64,000 nt of DNA from Candidatus Tepidifontimicrobium thermophilum. GTDB lineage: Bacteria; Sysuimicrobiota; Sysuimicrobiia; Sysuimicrobiales; Sysuimicrobiaceae. The notes under the pieces were generated by a model. It saw nothing but the letters and a program-made list of their open reading frames with translations. It was not told where the DNA came from and did not search any database. The stretch's first letter is position 1, and each line of letters begins with the position of its first letter. The stretch covers positions 1 through 64,000 of the forward strand of contig JAVKHO010000016.1 of NCBI GenBank assembly GCA_031459915.1, written 5' to 3'. Shown here piece after piece: positions 16,824 through 27,017 of this stretch. Position numbers and translations under genes: made by a program.

Positions 16824-17941
16824 CGCTCGCCTCCGAGGCCGACCTTCACCCGTGGGTCCACCACCGCGTACACGATGTCCAGGGCGAACACTGTGACCGC
16901 CAGCAGGTAGGCGTACAGGATGGTCGTCCCCACGATCACCGGGGTGTCGTACAGCCCCACCGCCTGGTACAGGGCGCGCCCCAGCCCCGGCCAGTTGAAC
17001 ACCGTCTCCAGGACGATCGCCCCCGTCCACGCGCCGATGAGGCCCAAGGCGAAGGACGTGAGGATGGTCGGCAGGGCGGGCCGGAGGATGTACCGCCGCT
17101 CCACCAGGCGGCCCGGGAGTCCCTTGGCCCGCGCCAGCTCCACGTAGTCCTCGCTGCTGAAGATGAGGAAGAAGGTCCGCCACGCATAGACCGACAGGAA
17201 GATGGAGCTCAAGGCCAGGCTGGCCAGGGGCAGGACCATGTGCTTGAGGACGCTGGCGGCGTACGCCAGCTTGCTTTCGGGGGGTGGCGCGTCCACCATG
17301 CCGCCGAAGGGGAGCCACCGCAGGCCCGCGGCGAAGACCAGGATGAGGAAGATGCCGTAGAACCACGCGGGCGCCGCAGAGGTCGGCGCCAGCGCCACCA
17401 CCAGTCGGTCCGCAAGGCCTCCGTACCGGCGCGAGAGCGCCAGAGCCGCCGCCACCGACGAGAAGAACAGCACAAGCTGCGCGCTGAGGAACAGCAGCAA
17501 AGTGGCAGGCAACCGGTCCAGGATGATCTGCCGCACCAGGCGCGATCCGGTGTCGCTCGTCATGCGCTCCGCGAAGCCCAGGCGCAGCAGCAGGGCATCC
17601 CGCAGGTACCCCACCGACCGGGACAAGAACGGCCGGTCCAAGCCCAGGCGGCGCTCCTCGTTACGGATCATCTGCTCGGCCACCCGCTCCCGCACGTCCG
17701 CGGGCAGCCGCCGCATCTGCTCGTTGAGGGAGATGGCCAGGGCCACCTGCTCCCGGATCTCCGCCCGCTTGATCTGGTCCACGTACCCGCCCATGTTGGC
17801 CACCAGGATGGTGAGGTACACCCCCACCACCACCGCGGCGAACAGGGCCACCAGCCGCGTGGCGGAGTACAGAAGGACCCGCATGGCGGGGTGCTGCCGC
17901 ACCCCGCCGCGGGGTGCCGTCACGGCCACGGCCTGTGCCAT
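16820..17941 (-). CDS. Peptide ABC permease (OppB-like)
   Basis: LGLDRP, RLPATL, DYVELARAKG, ETVFNWPGLG. Confidence 0.92.
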   Translation of the reverse strand: MAQAVAVTAPRGGVRQHPAMRVLLYSATRLVALFAAVVVGVYLTILVANMGGYVDQIKRAEIREQVALAISLNEQMRRLPADVRERVAEQMIRNEERRLGLDRPFLSRSVGYLRDALLLRLGFAERMTSDTGSRLVRQIILDRLPATLLLFLSAQLVLFFSSVAAALALSRRYGGLADRLVVALAPTSAAPAWFYGIFLILVFAAGLRWLPFGGMVDAPPPESKLAYAASVLKHMVLPLASLALSSIFLSVYAWRTFFLIFSSEDYVELARAKGLPGRLVERRYILRPALPTILTSFALGLIGAWTGAIVLETVFNWPGLGRALYQAVGLYDTPVIVGTTILYAYLLAVTVFALDIVYAVVDPRVKVGLGGER

Positions 17942-17951
17942 GGAGGGGGAC

Positions 17952-20435
17952 TCACCGCGCCGGCAGGGAGGTGAAGGTCAGGGAGGCGAAGCTGGGCACG
18001 CTCACCACCTTGGAGACCACCACCGCCTCCAGACGGTTCGAACCTGGCGTCAAACGGGACGTGACCTCGCGGCCGAGGAGCACCCGCCACACCTCCCCCG
18101 CCCGCTGCGCCCGGCCCTGGGCCACCAGCTCGTTGCGGGCGTTGAACAGCAGGTACTTGACTTCCTGGAGGTCCTGAGGCGGGTACGGCTTGTCGGCCTC
18201 CGCCACGCGGATCTCGAAGGCGGCCTCGCTGCCCGCGGTGACCTGCCGGGGACCGACAACACTCACGGACGCCAGCCGGGGCTCGCCGAACCGCAGCCAC
18301 TTGGTCGCGGGGTCTGGGAAGCGGCCGAACCGGCGCAGCTCCACGATCTTCTCCACGGGGGAGACACGCTGCAGCAGGAACGGGCCCATGCCGACCCAGT
18401 AGTGGCCCCGGCCCGCCCGCCACGCAGCCAACAGCCGCCACCGCTGACGCGCCTCCTCCGGCTTGATCCACCGGCCGAGAGCCCGCTCGAAGGGGATGTA
18501 GTTCTCCGCCCGCGCGGCCTCCAGCTCCCGGTCCAGGACCGCCAGGGTGGGGCCGGCCACGTAGTTCAGCCGCTCCACCTTCTTCTCCGCGGCCTTGGCG
18601 GCGGTGAAGGCGGCGCGGCCCGCGGCTTCCGCCCGGATGCCGAGGGCCACCGTGTGCCACGGGCCCGGTCCGAACCCGTACACGGGCCAGAAGCTCCCTG
18701 CCGCAGTCATCAGCTCCGCGTCCATGGTCCAGGAGGTGCTGTAGAACTCCGCCACCAGGGGGTCCTCGCTCACGATCCGGAACCCCCGGAACGTTTCCAT
18801 GAAGGACTGGAAGCTGGGCACGTAGGAGCGGTCAAACAGAGGACTGTGTTCGTCGGCGCGTTCGAAGGTCAGGATCCAGCCCAGCAGGATGTCCCCCAGG
18901 GACAGGCGGTTGCCGTCGTGCCACTGCACCTTGCGGAACAGATCCTTCTCGAAGTACACGGTGCTCTTCACCAGGGCCTCCAGGCCCTGGGGGTGCTTCT
19001 CCCGCACTGTGACGAACCGCTGGGCACGGGAGTCCCACCCGATGATGGCGTCCTCGGGCACACGGATGGTGGGTGCGAAGCGCAGCTGAACCCAGTCCGA
19101 GTTCTTGGTGACCGGCAGCCCCTGCTTGACGGTGATCTCCACCCGCTCCACCCGCTGCCGCTCCGGCAGCCCCGTGTGCGGGTTGGCGATCAGGGGGTAG
19201 TCCTGGGTGGCCCGGTACAGGGTGGTGTCGAAGATCCAGTTGGACCCTCCGATGGGGTTCCACGGCTCCGGAAGGATGCTGGGGACTCCGATGCGCACGA
19301 CCCCGCCCGCGCGGCCCCGGAACCGCACCGTGTACGGCCACAGGAACGAACCCGAAAGGCCGCCCGCGAGGTCCCCCACCAGCTCCAGCTCCGCCCGCCA
19401 GGGCCAGACGGACTGCCGTTCCACCAGCCACAACCGCACGGAGTCCTGCAGTGCCAGCTCCAGCGCCCGGGCCATCAGGCGCGCCCGCTCCCCGACGCTC
19501 CGGAAGTCGCGCTTGTTCAGACGGTCGCTCAAGCGGTCGAACTCCGGGCTGGGCCGGTACGCCTGCCACAGGGGACGCGCCAGTCCCCGCTTGGTGTAGA
19601 AGAAGTCGAAGTTGTCCGCCTGGTCGCGGTCGATCACCGTGCTGATCCAGCCTCCCGTGTACACGTGCCACCGGCCCTCCGCGGGGTCCTGGACGATCCA
19701 GAGAGGGTTGAGGTCCGCGGCCCGACCGTACCGGCGCTCCACGACAAACCCGAGCTGCTCCAGCAGACCCGCCACGTAGTCTCCGATCTGGCGACGTTCG
19801 TCCTCCACCCGGATGAGGAAGGTGATGGTGACAGGCCGGCCGCGGAACTGCCACCGCCCGCCCACCAGGTTCGCCCCCAACTTCTGCATCTCCTCGGTGA
19901 TGACCGAACGCGCCCGCTCCGGGTCGTGCCGGTAGCGGATCTCCAGCCGCCGGGCCACGTCCGCCAGCCGGGCGTAGTCTGGGAAGGCGGTGTTGATGGG
20001 CAGCCACCGGGGGACCCCCATTCCGCCCATGATCTCCTGTGCGATGTGACGGCGGTCCACCAGCCAGTTCATGGCCTCGCGGATGCGCGGCACCGCAAAC
20101 GGGTTGAGGCGGTCCGTGCCAGGGAAGACGGGCCCCACGGGGTTGAAGGTCAGCTCGTGGTACAGTCCGTACGAGACCGCGGACCGCAGGGTGCGGGACT
20201 GGCGGATCCGGTTGGCGATCTCCGGGTTGGCGGTGGCGCTGAACCAGGCGTGCAGGTCGTTCGCCTCCAGCCGGCGGACCGCGGCGGCGTCGCTGGGTTC
20301 TTCCACCGCCACCACCCCGTCCACCCACGTACCCACCCGCTGGGCCTGGGCTCCCGCGGCAGCGGGCAGGACCAGGAGCGCCACCCAGGTCAGCGCCCAC
20401 AGTTTCCCCCTGCACATGCGCCGCATCCCGCGCAC
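17952..20435 (-). CDS. Large family-5 peptide ABC substrate-binding protein
   Basis: Signal peptide; NPFAVPRIREAMNWLVDR; first gene of the opp-like operon. Confidence 0.85.
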   Translation of the reverse strand: MRGMRRMCRGKLWALTWVALLVLPAAAGAQAQRVGTWVDGVVAVEEPSDAAAVRRLEANDLHAWFSATANPEIANRIRQSRTLRSAVSYGLYHELTFNPVGPVFPGTDRLNPFAVPRIREAMNWLVDRRHIAQEIMGGMGVPRWLPINTAFPDYARLADVARRLEIRYRHDPERARSVITEEMQKLGANLVGGRWQFRGRPVTITFLIRVEDERRQIGDYVAGLLEQLGFVVERRYGRAADLNPLWIVQDPAEGRWHVYTGGWISTVIDRDQADNFDFFYTKRGLARPLWQAYRPSPEFDRLSDRLNKRDFRSVGERARLMARALELALQDSVRLWLVERQSVWPWRAELELVGDLAGGLSGSFLWPYTVRFRGRAGGVVRIGVPSILPEPWNPIGGSNWIFDTTLYRATQDYPLIANPHTGLPERQRVERVEITVKQGLPVTKNSDWVQLRFAPTIRVPEDAIIGWDSRAQRFVTVREKHPQGLEALVKSTVYFEKDLFRKVQWHDGNRLSLGDILLGWILTFERADEHSPLFDRSYVPSFQSFMETFRGFRIVSEDPLVAEFYSTSWTMDAELMTAAGSFWPVYGFGPGPWHTVALGIRAEAAGRAAFTAAKAAEKKVERLNYVAGPTLAVLDRELEAARAENYIPFERALGRWIKPEEARQRWRLLAAWRAGRGHYWVGMGPFLLQRVSPVEKIVELRRFGRFPDPATKWLRFGEPRLASVSVVGPRQVTAGSEAAFEIRVAEADKPYPPQDLQEVKYLLFNARNELVAQGRAQRAGEVWRVLLGREVTSRLTPGSNRLEAVVVSKVVSVPSFASLTFTSLPAR

Positions 20436-20474
20436 ACCTCCCTTTTAGTGGTCAGAGCCAGGAGCGGTCTGCCG

Positions 20475-20846
20475 TCAGGACAGCACCGACCGGGCGCGAT
20501 CCAGATCGCTCACGGCCAGGACGAGCCGTGTGCGGGTGGCCAGGTACGCCCAGTCGATGTTCACGCCCGCGTCGGCCAGCTTCCGGGCCACCGAGCCCAG
20601 GGTCCCTGGCTGGTCCACCACGTCCACCACGAGGACGTCCCGCTCCGCCACCACCGGGATCCCGGCTTCCTCCAGGGCCCGGCGCGCGGCGGCGGCGTCC
20701 TCCACCAGGACGTGGATCCGACCCTTCCCCTGGAAGGGTACGCCGCAGAAGCCCTCGATGTTCACCCCGGCCCGGCCCAGGGCCTCCCCCAGCCGCGCCA
20801 GGGTGCCCGGGCGGTCTAGTAGCTCCACCTGCAGGTCCTTAGGCAT
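20475..20846 (-). CDS. Tandem ACT-domain protein
   Basis: Two ACT repeats: DRPGTLARL...AGVNI and DQPGTLGSV...AGVNI. Confidence 0.88.
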   Translation of the reverse strand: MPKDLQVELLDRPGTLARLGEALGRAGVNIEGFCGVPFQGKGRIHVLVEDAAAARRALEEAGIPVVAERDVLVVDVVDQPGTLGSVARKLADAGVNIDWAYLATRTRLVLAVSDLDRARSVLS

Positions 20847-20861
20847 CCTCCCTCCCCCCTT

Positions 20862-21875
20862 TCACCCGAGTACGAGGTACGGGCCGCGCCGCCACCGGCT
20901 GTCCAGGCGCCACAGCCCGGCTTCCCGCGCGTAGGCCACCGCCTGTTGGTACTCGCGGCTCGTGATGGGCCGGTTGATCTCCGCGTACTTGGCCTCGGTG
21001 CGGGCCTTCCACGCCGGACGGTACTGGTCCATGACGTTCACGTACGTGTCCGGAGACAGCTCCGCGAGCCAGTGCAGGATCTCCCGGGTGTCGTCCAGCA
21101 GCCCGGGCATCACCAGGTGCCGCACCAGGACCCCTCGGCGGGCCAGCCCGTCCTCGTTCACCTTCAGGACTCCCACCTGCTCGTGCATGGCGCGGATCAC
21201 CTGCCGGGCCACCTCGGGGTAGTCGGGGGCCAAGAGGTACTTCCGCGCGTGCTCTCGATTCGACAGTTTGAAGTCCGGCATGTACACGTCCACCACGCCG
21301 TCCATGAGGCGGATGCTGTGCAGGCTGTCGTAACTGCTGGTGTTGTACACCAGGGGCAGCCGCAGCCCGCCCTCGATGGCATACGGCAGGGCCTCCAGGA
21401 TCTGCGGGACCACGTGCTCAGGGGTCACGAAGTTGATGTTGTGGCAGCCGAGCTCCTGCAGCTTCAGCATCATGGCGGCCAGCTCCCGGGGCCCGACGTC
21501 CACGCCCTCCCCGATCTGGCTGGTTTCGTAGTTTTGGCAGAAGACGCAGCGCAAATTACACCACGCGAAGAAGATGGTCCCTGACCCGGCCCAGCCCCGC
21601 AGCACGTCCTCCTCGCCGAAGTGCGGGAAGAAGGACGACACGCGGGCGTACCGGCCCACCCGGCACACCGCGAACCGGTTGGCCAGGCGGTCCACGTGGC
21701 AGTTGCGCGGACACAGGGTGCAGTCCCGCAGGGCCTCCAGGGCCTCTTCCACCTTCCCCCGCAGGCGCCCCTCCTCGTACGTCCGAAGGTACGCGGGGGT
21801 GAAGTCGCGGTCCGGCAGCACGAACCGCCCGTTGCCGTGCACTTCCACGGGGATGTCCCGGGAGGCCAGCAGCAC
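20862..21875 (-). CDS. Radical SAM protein (PflX-like)
   Basis: CTLCPRNC, HFGEE, CNLRCVFCQN, HNINFVTP, RHLVMPG, MDQYRP; GTG start inferred. Confidence 0.88.
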   Translation of the reverse strand: MLLASRDIPVEVHGNGRFVLPDRDFTPAYLRTYEEGRLRGKVEEALEALRDCTLCPRNCHVDRLANRFAVCRVGRYARVSSFFPHFGEEDVLRGWAGSGTIFFAWCNLRCVFCQNYETSQIGEGVDVGPRELAAMMLKLQELGCHNINFVTPEHVVPQILEALPYAIEGGLRLPLVYNTSSYDSLHSIRLMDGVVDVYMPDFKLSNREHARKYLLAPDYPEVARQVIRAMHEQVGVLKVNEDGLARRGVLVRHLVMPGLLDDTREILHWLAELSPDTYVNVMDQYRPAWKARTEAKYAEINRPITSREYQQAVAYAREAGLWRLDSRWRRGPYLVLG

Positions 21876-21886
21876 GCTTCCACCCC

Positions 21887-23077
21887 TCACGAGAACCGGA
21901 GGAGCGCGCCCACCCCACCGTGCCGCCGCAGGGTCCCCTCGGAGAGCAGGACCAGCTCCGCCCGGTTGCTCCGCGCGAGCACCGGCAGCACCTGGGTAGC
22001 GTCCACCTCCTGTAGGACCGCGCCGCAGGTGGGGCAACGCTCCGTGGAATTGGTCGTGGCGAACTCGCAGGCGGCGCACGTCCGCACCCGGGCCGCGAGA
22101 TCCCGGTCTGCGGCCACCGTCAGAACCTGGCGGCGGGCTAGTGCCTGCAGCGTGCTCTCCAGATCCAGCACCGAGCCCGCCGGTCCCCCGTTGCCCACCA
22201 GGGCCTCCACCAACTCCGCTTCCCGCCGCGCCCGGTCCTGGCGGGCCACCTCCAGGACCCGGTCGCGGACCTCCCGCCACTCCTCCAGGGGAGGCACGGA
22301 CACTGTGGCCACCACCAGACGTCGGGTGGGCTCCGGCAGCAGGTCGACCACCGCCGCGGTCCCCTCCGGAGGACCGCCCACGATCAGCCGCTGCACCCCA
22401 AGCTCCTCCAGCGCCCGCGCGGCGGCAGAGGCCACGCCCGACCAGAACCGGCGGACGTGGTCCTCCACCCGGGCGTCGTACACGTCCCGCTGCGCCCCCC
22501 GGCTGCTGGACATCCCCATCCCCTTGGCAAACGACGGCGGCTTGCCCGCAGTGAACCGCCAGTGCTGCGTGTCCAGGTGAAACTCCTCGTCCTCCACCAC
22601 CGCCGCCTCCCCCAGATGGGTCACCAACAGCCGCGTGTGGTCCCTGTGGACGAGGAGCACCGCGTACGGCGTGTAGGCCTGCCGCAACCACAGCACCGGC
22701 CACACGTCCACCAGGCCGTACCGCGCCCGGTTCTCCACGGATACGGGCCACACGAACTCCTTCCAGACCCCGTCCGCCGCGTACAGGCTGAGCCCGCGGC
22801 CGCGGGGCCGCTCGCTCCGGAGCCTGGCCTCCACGCGGTCCGCGAACTCCAACACCCGCCGCCGCCCCTCCTTGGGGAGCCCTTCCGCGAGGGACTGCAG
22901 GGCCTGGCGGGCCCAGATCCGGTACGCCGGCTCGCTGCGCTGGTTCTCGGGTCGGGTGGGGTCGGTGTCCAGGTGCAGGCTGAGGACCTGCTGGCGATCC
23001 AGGGCCAGCAGGCCGTCTGGGTCCGCGGCCTGGAGCAGCTCGGAGATCCGCGCTCGCCCTGCAGGTTCCTGCGCCAC
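21887..23077 (-). CDS. Bacterial aeRF1-superfamily (baeRF/Balon-like) protein
   Basis: LSLHLDTDP N-domain, RNase H-like middle domain (LIVGGPPE), L7Ae-like C-domain with CxxC...CxxC and terminal GGVGALLRF. Confidence 0.8.
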   Translation of the reverse strand: MAQEPAGRARISELLQAADPDGLLALDRQQVLSLHLDTDPTRPENQRSEPAYRIWARQALQSLAEGLPKEGRRRVLEFADRVEARLRSERPRGRGLSLYAADGVWKEFVWPVSVENRARYGLVDVWPVLWLRQAYTPYAVLLVHRDHTRLLVTHLGEAAVVEDEEFHLDTQHWRFTAGKPPSFAKGMGMSSSRGAQRDVYDARVEDHVRRFWSGVASAAARALEELGVQRLIVGGPPEGTAAVVDLLPEPTRRLVVATVSVPPLEEWREVRDRVLEVARQDRARREAELVEALVGNGGPAGSVLDLESTLQALARRQVLTVAADRDLAARVRTCAACEFATTNSTERCPTCGAVLQEVDATQVLPVLARSNRAELVLLSEGTLRRHGGVGALLRFS

Positions 23078-23108
23078 TTGGTTCACCTCCTCCTCGCCAC
23101 GCCCCTCT

Positions 23109-24119
23109 TCAGGGTACTGCAGCCCGGGGGTTCTGGCGCAGCACCACCACCGCACTGCCCACCAGGCGGCCCCTGCGCAGGTCCTCCAGCGCCCGATTCA
23201 CTTCCTCCAGCGGGTACGGGGTCGCGCGGACCCGCACGGGCACCTGCGGCGCCAGGGCCAGGAACTCCTCCGCGTCCGCACGGGTGAGATTCGCTACCGA
23301 CCGCACCACCCGCTCCTCCCACAACAAACGGTAGGGGAACGACGGGATGTCGCTCATGTGAATCCCCCCGCAGACCACCACACCCGCGGGAGCGGTGGCC
23401 CGCAGGGCTTGCACCACCAGCTCCCCCACGGGGGCCAGAACGATGGCGGCGTCCAGGGGTTCGGGGGGCAGCTGGTCCGAACCGCCTGCCCAGTGCGCCC
23501 CCAGCTCGCGCGCGAAGGCCTGCGCCTGCCCGTCGCCCGGCCGGGTGAAGGCGAACACGCGCCGCCCCTGCCAGACCGCTACCTGCGCGATCAAATGGGC
23601 CGCGGCCCCGAACCCGTACAGGCCCAGCCTCCTGGCTTCTCCCGCCATCCGCAGACACCGGTAGCCGATCAGCCCCGCACACAGCAGCGGTGCGGCGTGC
23701 AGGTCGTCGTAGGCCTCCGGCATCCGGAAGGCGTAGCGCGCGTCGGCCACCGTGTACTCCGCGAACCCTCCGTCCCGGTGGTACCCGGTGAACTGGGCCT
23801 TCCGGCAAAGGTTCTCCAGTCCCCTCTGGCAGTACGAGCACTCGCCGCACGTCCAGCCCAGCCACGGGACTCCCACCCGGTCGCCTTCCTGGAGGTCGTG
23901 CACGCCGTCTCCCCGCGCCACCACGACACCCACCACCTGGTGGCCCAAGACCAGGGGCAGCTTGGGGTCCGGTAGCTCCCCGTCCGCCACGTGCAGGTCG
24001 GTGCGGCAGACTGCGCAAGCGTGCACCCGAACCAGGACCTCCCCCCTGCCGGGCACCGGAGTCGGCCGCTCCTCGAGGATGAGAGGCCGACCCGCAGCAT
24101 GGAGGACCGCGGCACGCAT
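23109..24119 (-). CDS. Zinc-dependent alcohol dehydrogenase (AdhP-like)
   Basis: VCRTDLH, LGHQVVG, CGECSYC...ENLC, APLLCAG, GFGAAA. Confidence 0.93.
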   Translation of the reverse strand: MRAAVLHAAGRPLILEERPTPVPGRGEVLVRVHACAVCRTDLHVADGELPDPKLPLVLGHQVVGVVVARGDGVHDLQEGDRVGVPWLGWTCGECSYCQRGLENLCRKAQFTGYHRDGGFAEYTVADARYAFRMPEAYDDLHAAPLLCAGLIGYRCLRMAGEARRLGLYGFGAAAHLIAQVAVWQGRRVFAFTRPGDGQAQAFARELGAHWAGGSDQLPPEPLDAAIVLAPVGELVVQALRATAPAGVVVCGGIHMSDIPSFPYRLLWEERVVRSVANLTRADAEEFLALAPQVPVRVRATPYPLEEVNRALEDLRRGRLVGSAVVVLRQNPRAAVP

Positions 24120-24135
24120 CGCTGGCGGGAGCGCG

Positions 24136-25119
24136 TCAGGAGACCCGGTGCGACCAGAGTACCGAGAGGGCCACGGAGGACACCAGCAGGACCGCGCCGG
24201 CGGCAGCCACCACGGACGAGACTTCCGTGGGCTTCCGCTCCCAGCCAATGGTCCGTCCCAGGCTGCGGTAGACGCGCCGCAGCTCATGAGCGGAGGAAGC
24301 GTGGAAGTAGGCACCCTCGGTGATGGCCGCCACTTCCTTCAACGTGTCCTCGTCCAGGCGCACCCAGATGGGCCGGCCGCCGATGTTCAGGAACGTCCCC
24401 TCCGGGGTGCCCACGCCCACCGTGTACACCTTCACCTGCTGGTCCCGCGCCACCCGCGCGGCCTCGGCGGGGGTGACCCCGCGGTTGCTCTGGCCGTCCG
24501 ACATGAGGACCACCACCCCGGGCGGCAAGCGGCCGGACGGAGGATGAGGTGCGGTCTGCGGCCAGGCGGGCCGCGTCCTACCCGGCAGGGCCCACACGGC
24601 TTCCAGCAGCCCGTCCCCGATGGCGGTGGCGAACTCCGCCTGCAGCGCCTGGATCGCCTGGATCACCCGCTCGTGGTCCGTGGTAGGAGCTGCCAGCAGG
24701 GTGGCGTACGAGCTGAAGGACACCAGTCCCACCCGGGCGTTCCTCGGCAGCGTCCGCACGAAGTCCACCGCGGCCACCTTGGTGGCCTCCAGGCGGTTCG
24801 GCCGCACGTCCTCCGCCAACATGCTCCGGCTCACGTCAATGGACAGGACCACGTTCACGTTGGCCGCGGGTACCGGCAGGGGCGCCACCGGGCGTGCCAG
24901 GGCCAGGAGGACCGCGGCCAGCGCGAGGCCGAAGGCCGCGGCGGGCAGGTGCGCCCGCCACGGGCGCGCGACCCGGGCAGCCTCCTGGAGGATGGGAAGC
25001 TGGGTGTGCGCCAGGCCGAGCCGGCTACGTCCGCGGAGCGCCCGCAGGTACACCCAGACCAGCACCGGAAGCGAGACCAGCCCCCACAGCACCGCGGGCC
25101 ACAGGAATCCGTACCCCAC
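24136..25119 (-). CDS. Membrane-anchored VWA-domain protein (BatA-like)
   Basis: LALARP, MIDAS DVSRSM, TAIGDG, SDG. Confidence 0.9.
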   Translation of the reverse strand: MGYGFLWPAVLWGLVSLPVLVWVYLRALRGRSRLGLAHTQLPILQEAARVARPWRAHLPAAAFGLALAAVLLALARPVAPLPVPAANVNVVLSIDVSRSMLAEDVRPNRLEATKVAAVDFVRTLPRNARVGLVSFSSYATLLAAPTTDHERVIQAIQALQAEFATAIGDGLLEAVWALPGRTRPAWPQTAPHPPSGRLPPGVVVLMSDGQSNRGVTPAEAARVARDQQVKVYTVGVGTPEGTFLNIGGRPIWVRLDEDTLKEVAAITEGAYFHASSAHELRRVYRSLGRTIGWERKPTEVSSVVAAAGAVLLVSSVALSVLWSHRVS

Positions 25120-25137
25120 CGCAGTCCCCTCCCTACG

Positions 25138-26148
25138 CTACGGTACTCTCCGGAACCAGACCAGGGAAAGCACCCCGCCCGCCAGCATCAGCAGTCCGCC
25201 CGCCGCGGCCACCAGGGAGGTGATCTCCGTACGCTGCCGCTGCCAGGTCATGGCCCTCCCCAGCTCGCGGCCGATGGTGCGGAAGTCCTCCGGGGTGGGC
25301 GGGTAGAAGTAGCGACCCCCCGTCACCTGCGCCACCTGCTGCAACCCGTTGGGGTCAAAGGGGATGAAGACCAGCTGGCCGTCCACCGTCTGGACTTGAC
25401 CCGTGGGCGTCCCCACGCCCACCGTGTGGACCCGGACCCGGTACTGACGGGCCACCTGGACGGCCTCCATGGGGTCCAGCCCGAAGTTGGACACGCCGTC
25501 GCTGAACAGCACCAGGGCTCCGGGTGGCAGGTCCGCGTTGGGCGGCGGGCTAGGCGGGTAACCAGGCAGGAGCCCCTGTTGCCGCCGCAACAGGTCCTCG
25601 CCGGCCCGCTCCCGTCCGGGTAGCGCCCGGATCCCCATGAGAATGGCGGAGCCGATGGAGGTAGCCTGCTGGGGCTGGAGCCGGTCGATGGCCTCCAGGA
25701 CCTCCTGCCGGTCCGTGGTGGGCGCGACCAGTACCTGCGCGTAGTCGCTGAACGCCACCACCCCGACCCGTAAAGACCGCGGCGTGGCTAGCACCAGCTC
25801 CTTCGCCATGCGCTTGGCCGCGTCCAGCCGGCTGGGCGCGATGTCCGTGGCCACCATGCTTTTGCTGGTGTCGATCCCCACCACCAGGGCCGCCTGGTTC
25901 GTGGGAAAGGGGATGGCGGCCACGGGGCGCGCGGAGGCCAGCACCAGCAGCGCCACCGCCCCCAGGTAGCAGGCGAAGGGCAGCCACGGAGCCCGCAGGG
26001 GACGCCCGAATCGCAACAGGGGGAGCAGGTGCGGGTCCGCGAAGGCCTGCGCCGCCCGCGCCTGGTACCGGCGCACGGACGCGTGGGCCGCCACCAGCAG
26101 CGGGACCGCCGCCAGCCCCACCAGCATCACCGGCCACGTGAACTCCAC
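25138..26148 (-). CDS. Membrane-anchored VWA-domain protein (paralog)
   Basis: ASARP, MIDAS DTSKSM, TSIG, FSDG; GTG start inferred. Confidence 0.9.
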   Translation of the reverse strand: MEFTWPVMLVGLAAVPLLVAAHASVRRYQARAAQAFADPHLLPLLRFGRPLRAPWLPFACYLGAVALLVLASARPVAAIPFPTNQAALVVGIDTSKSMVATDIAPSRLDAAKRMAKELVLATPRSLRVGVVAFSDYAQVLVAPTTDRQEVLEAIDRLQPQQATSIGSAILMGIRALPGRERAGEDLLRRQQGLLPGYPPSPPPNADLPPGALVLFSDGVSNFGLDPMEAVQVARQYRVRVHTVGVGTPTGQVQTVDGQLVFIPFDPNGLQQVAQVTGGRYFYPPTPEDFRTIGRELGRAMTWQRQRTEITSLVAAAGGLLMLAGGVLSLVWFRRVP

Positions 26149-27017
26149 CGCCGCCTCCTCCGGTAGGTCACGAACCGCACCAGGGGTTCCACGATGGACG
26201 TGTGGGTGGACAGGGTCAGCACGTCCACCCGGGCCTGCCGGAAGGCCTGCTGCAGCCGGGCTTCCCACTGGGCTACCCGCTCTCTGTACGCCCGGCGCAC
26301 CGCGGGGTCGGAGGTGTCGACCCGCACCTGCTGGCCGGTCTCCGGGTCCTGCAGGGTCAAAACGCCCACGTCCGGTAGCTCAGATTCTGCGGGGTCGGTG
26401 ATCCGCACCGCTACCACGTCGTGCCGGTGGCCCAGCTGCCGCAGGGGGACCTCCCACCCCTCCTCCGACAGGAAGTCGCTGACCACGAACACCAGGGATC
26501 TCCTCCGGAGCATCCGGTTCAGGTCCCGCAGCACACGCCCCAGGTCGGTCCGGCCTGACGCGGGCGGGGTTTGCAGCCGCTGCAGGGCGTGCAGCACCCG
26601 CAGCGCCTGACGCCGGCCGGTCCGGGGCGGGATCAGGTAGGGGTGCGGGAAGAAGACCGCGCCCACCTTGTCCCCGTGCCGCGTGACGATGTAGCTGGCC
26701 GCGCCGCAGAACTCCGCGGCCAGCTGGCGCTTGAGGACCCTCCGGGTACCGAAGGCCATGGACGGCGACAGGTCCACCGCCAGCCACGCGGTGAGCTCCT
26801 TCTCCTCCCGGTACTGCCGGACGTGCAGGCGGGTGGTGCGGGCCGTGACGTTCCAGTCGATCCGGCGGACCTCGTCGCCCGGCACGTACTCCCGGACCTC
26901 CGCCAGGTCCAGGCTCGGCCCGTAGAACAGCCCCGTGTAGTCGCCGAACAGGAAGCCGTCCAGCCTCCGGACGACGCTAAACTCGAGGCGCCTCAAGATC
27001 CGCTCGGGCGTCTCCAT
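26127..27017 (-). CDS. DUF58 protein
   Basis: EVREYVPGDEVRRIDWNVTAR, DLSPSM, VVSDF. Confidence 0.92.
   Translation of the reverse strand: METPERILRRLEFSVVRRLDGFLFGDYTGLFYGPSLDLAEVREYVPGDEVRRIDWNVTARTTRLHVRQYREEKELTAWLAVDLSPSMAFGTRRVLKRQLAAEFCGAASYIVTRHGDKVGAVFFPHPYLIPPRTGRRQALRVLHALQRLQTPPASGRTDLGRVLRDLNRMLRRRSLVFVVSDFLSEEGWEVPLRQLGHRHDVVAVRITDPAESELPDVGVLTLQDPETGQQVRVDTSDPAVRRAYRERVAQWEARLQQAFRQARVDVLTLSTHTSIVEPLVRFVTYRRRRRWSSRGR

Noticed and set aside
17502..20819. 1105-aa plus-strand ORF and many similar long antisense ORFs (for example 41674..43590 and 23752..25623)
   Set aside because: Shadow ORFs opposite well-supported genes, expected from high-GC codon bias; no recognisable motifs
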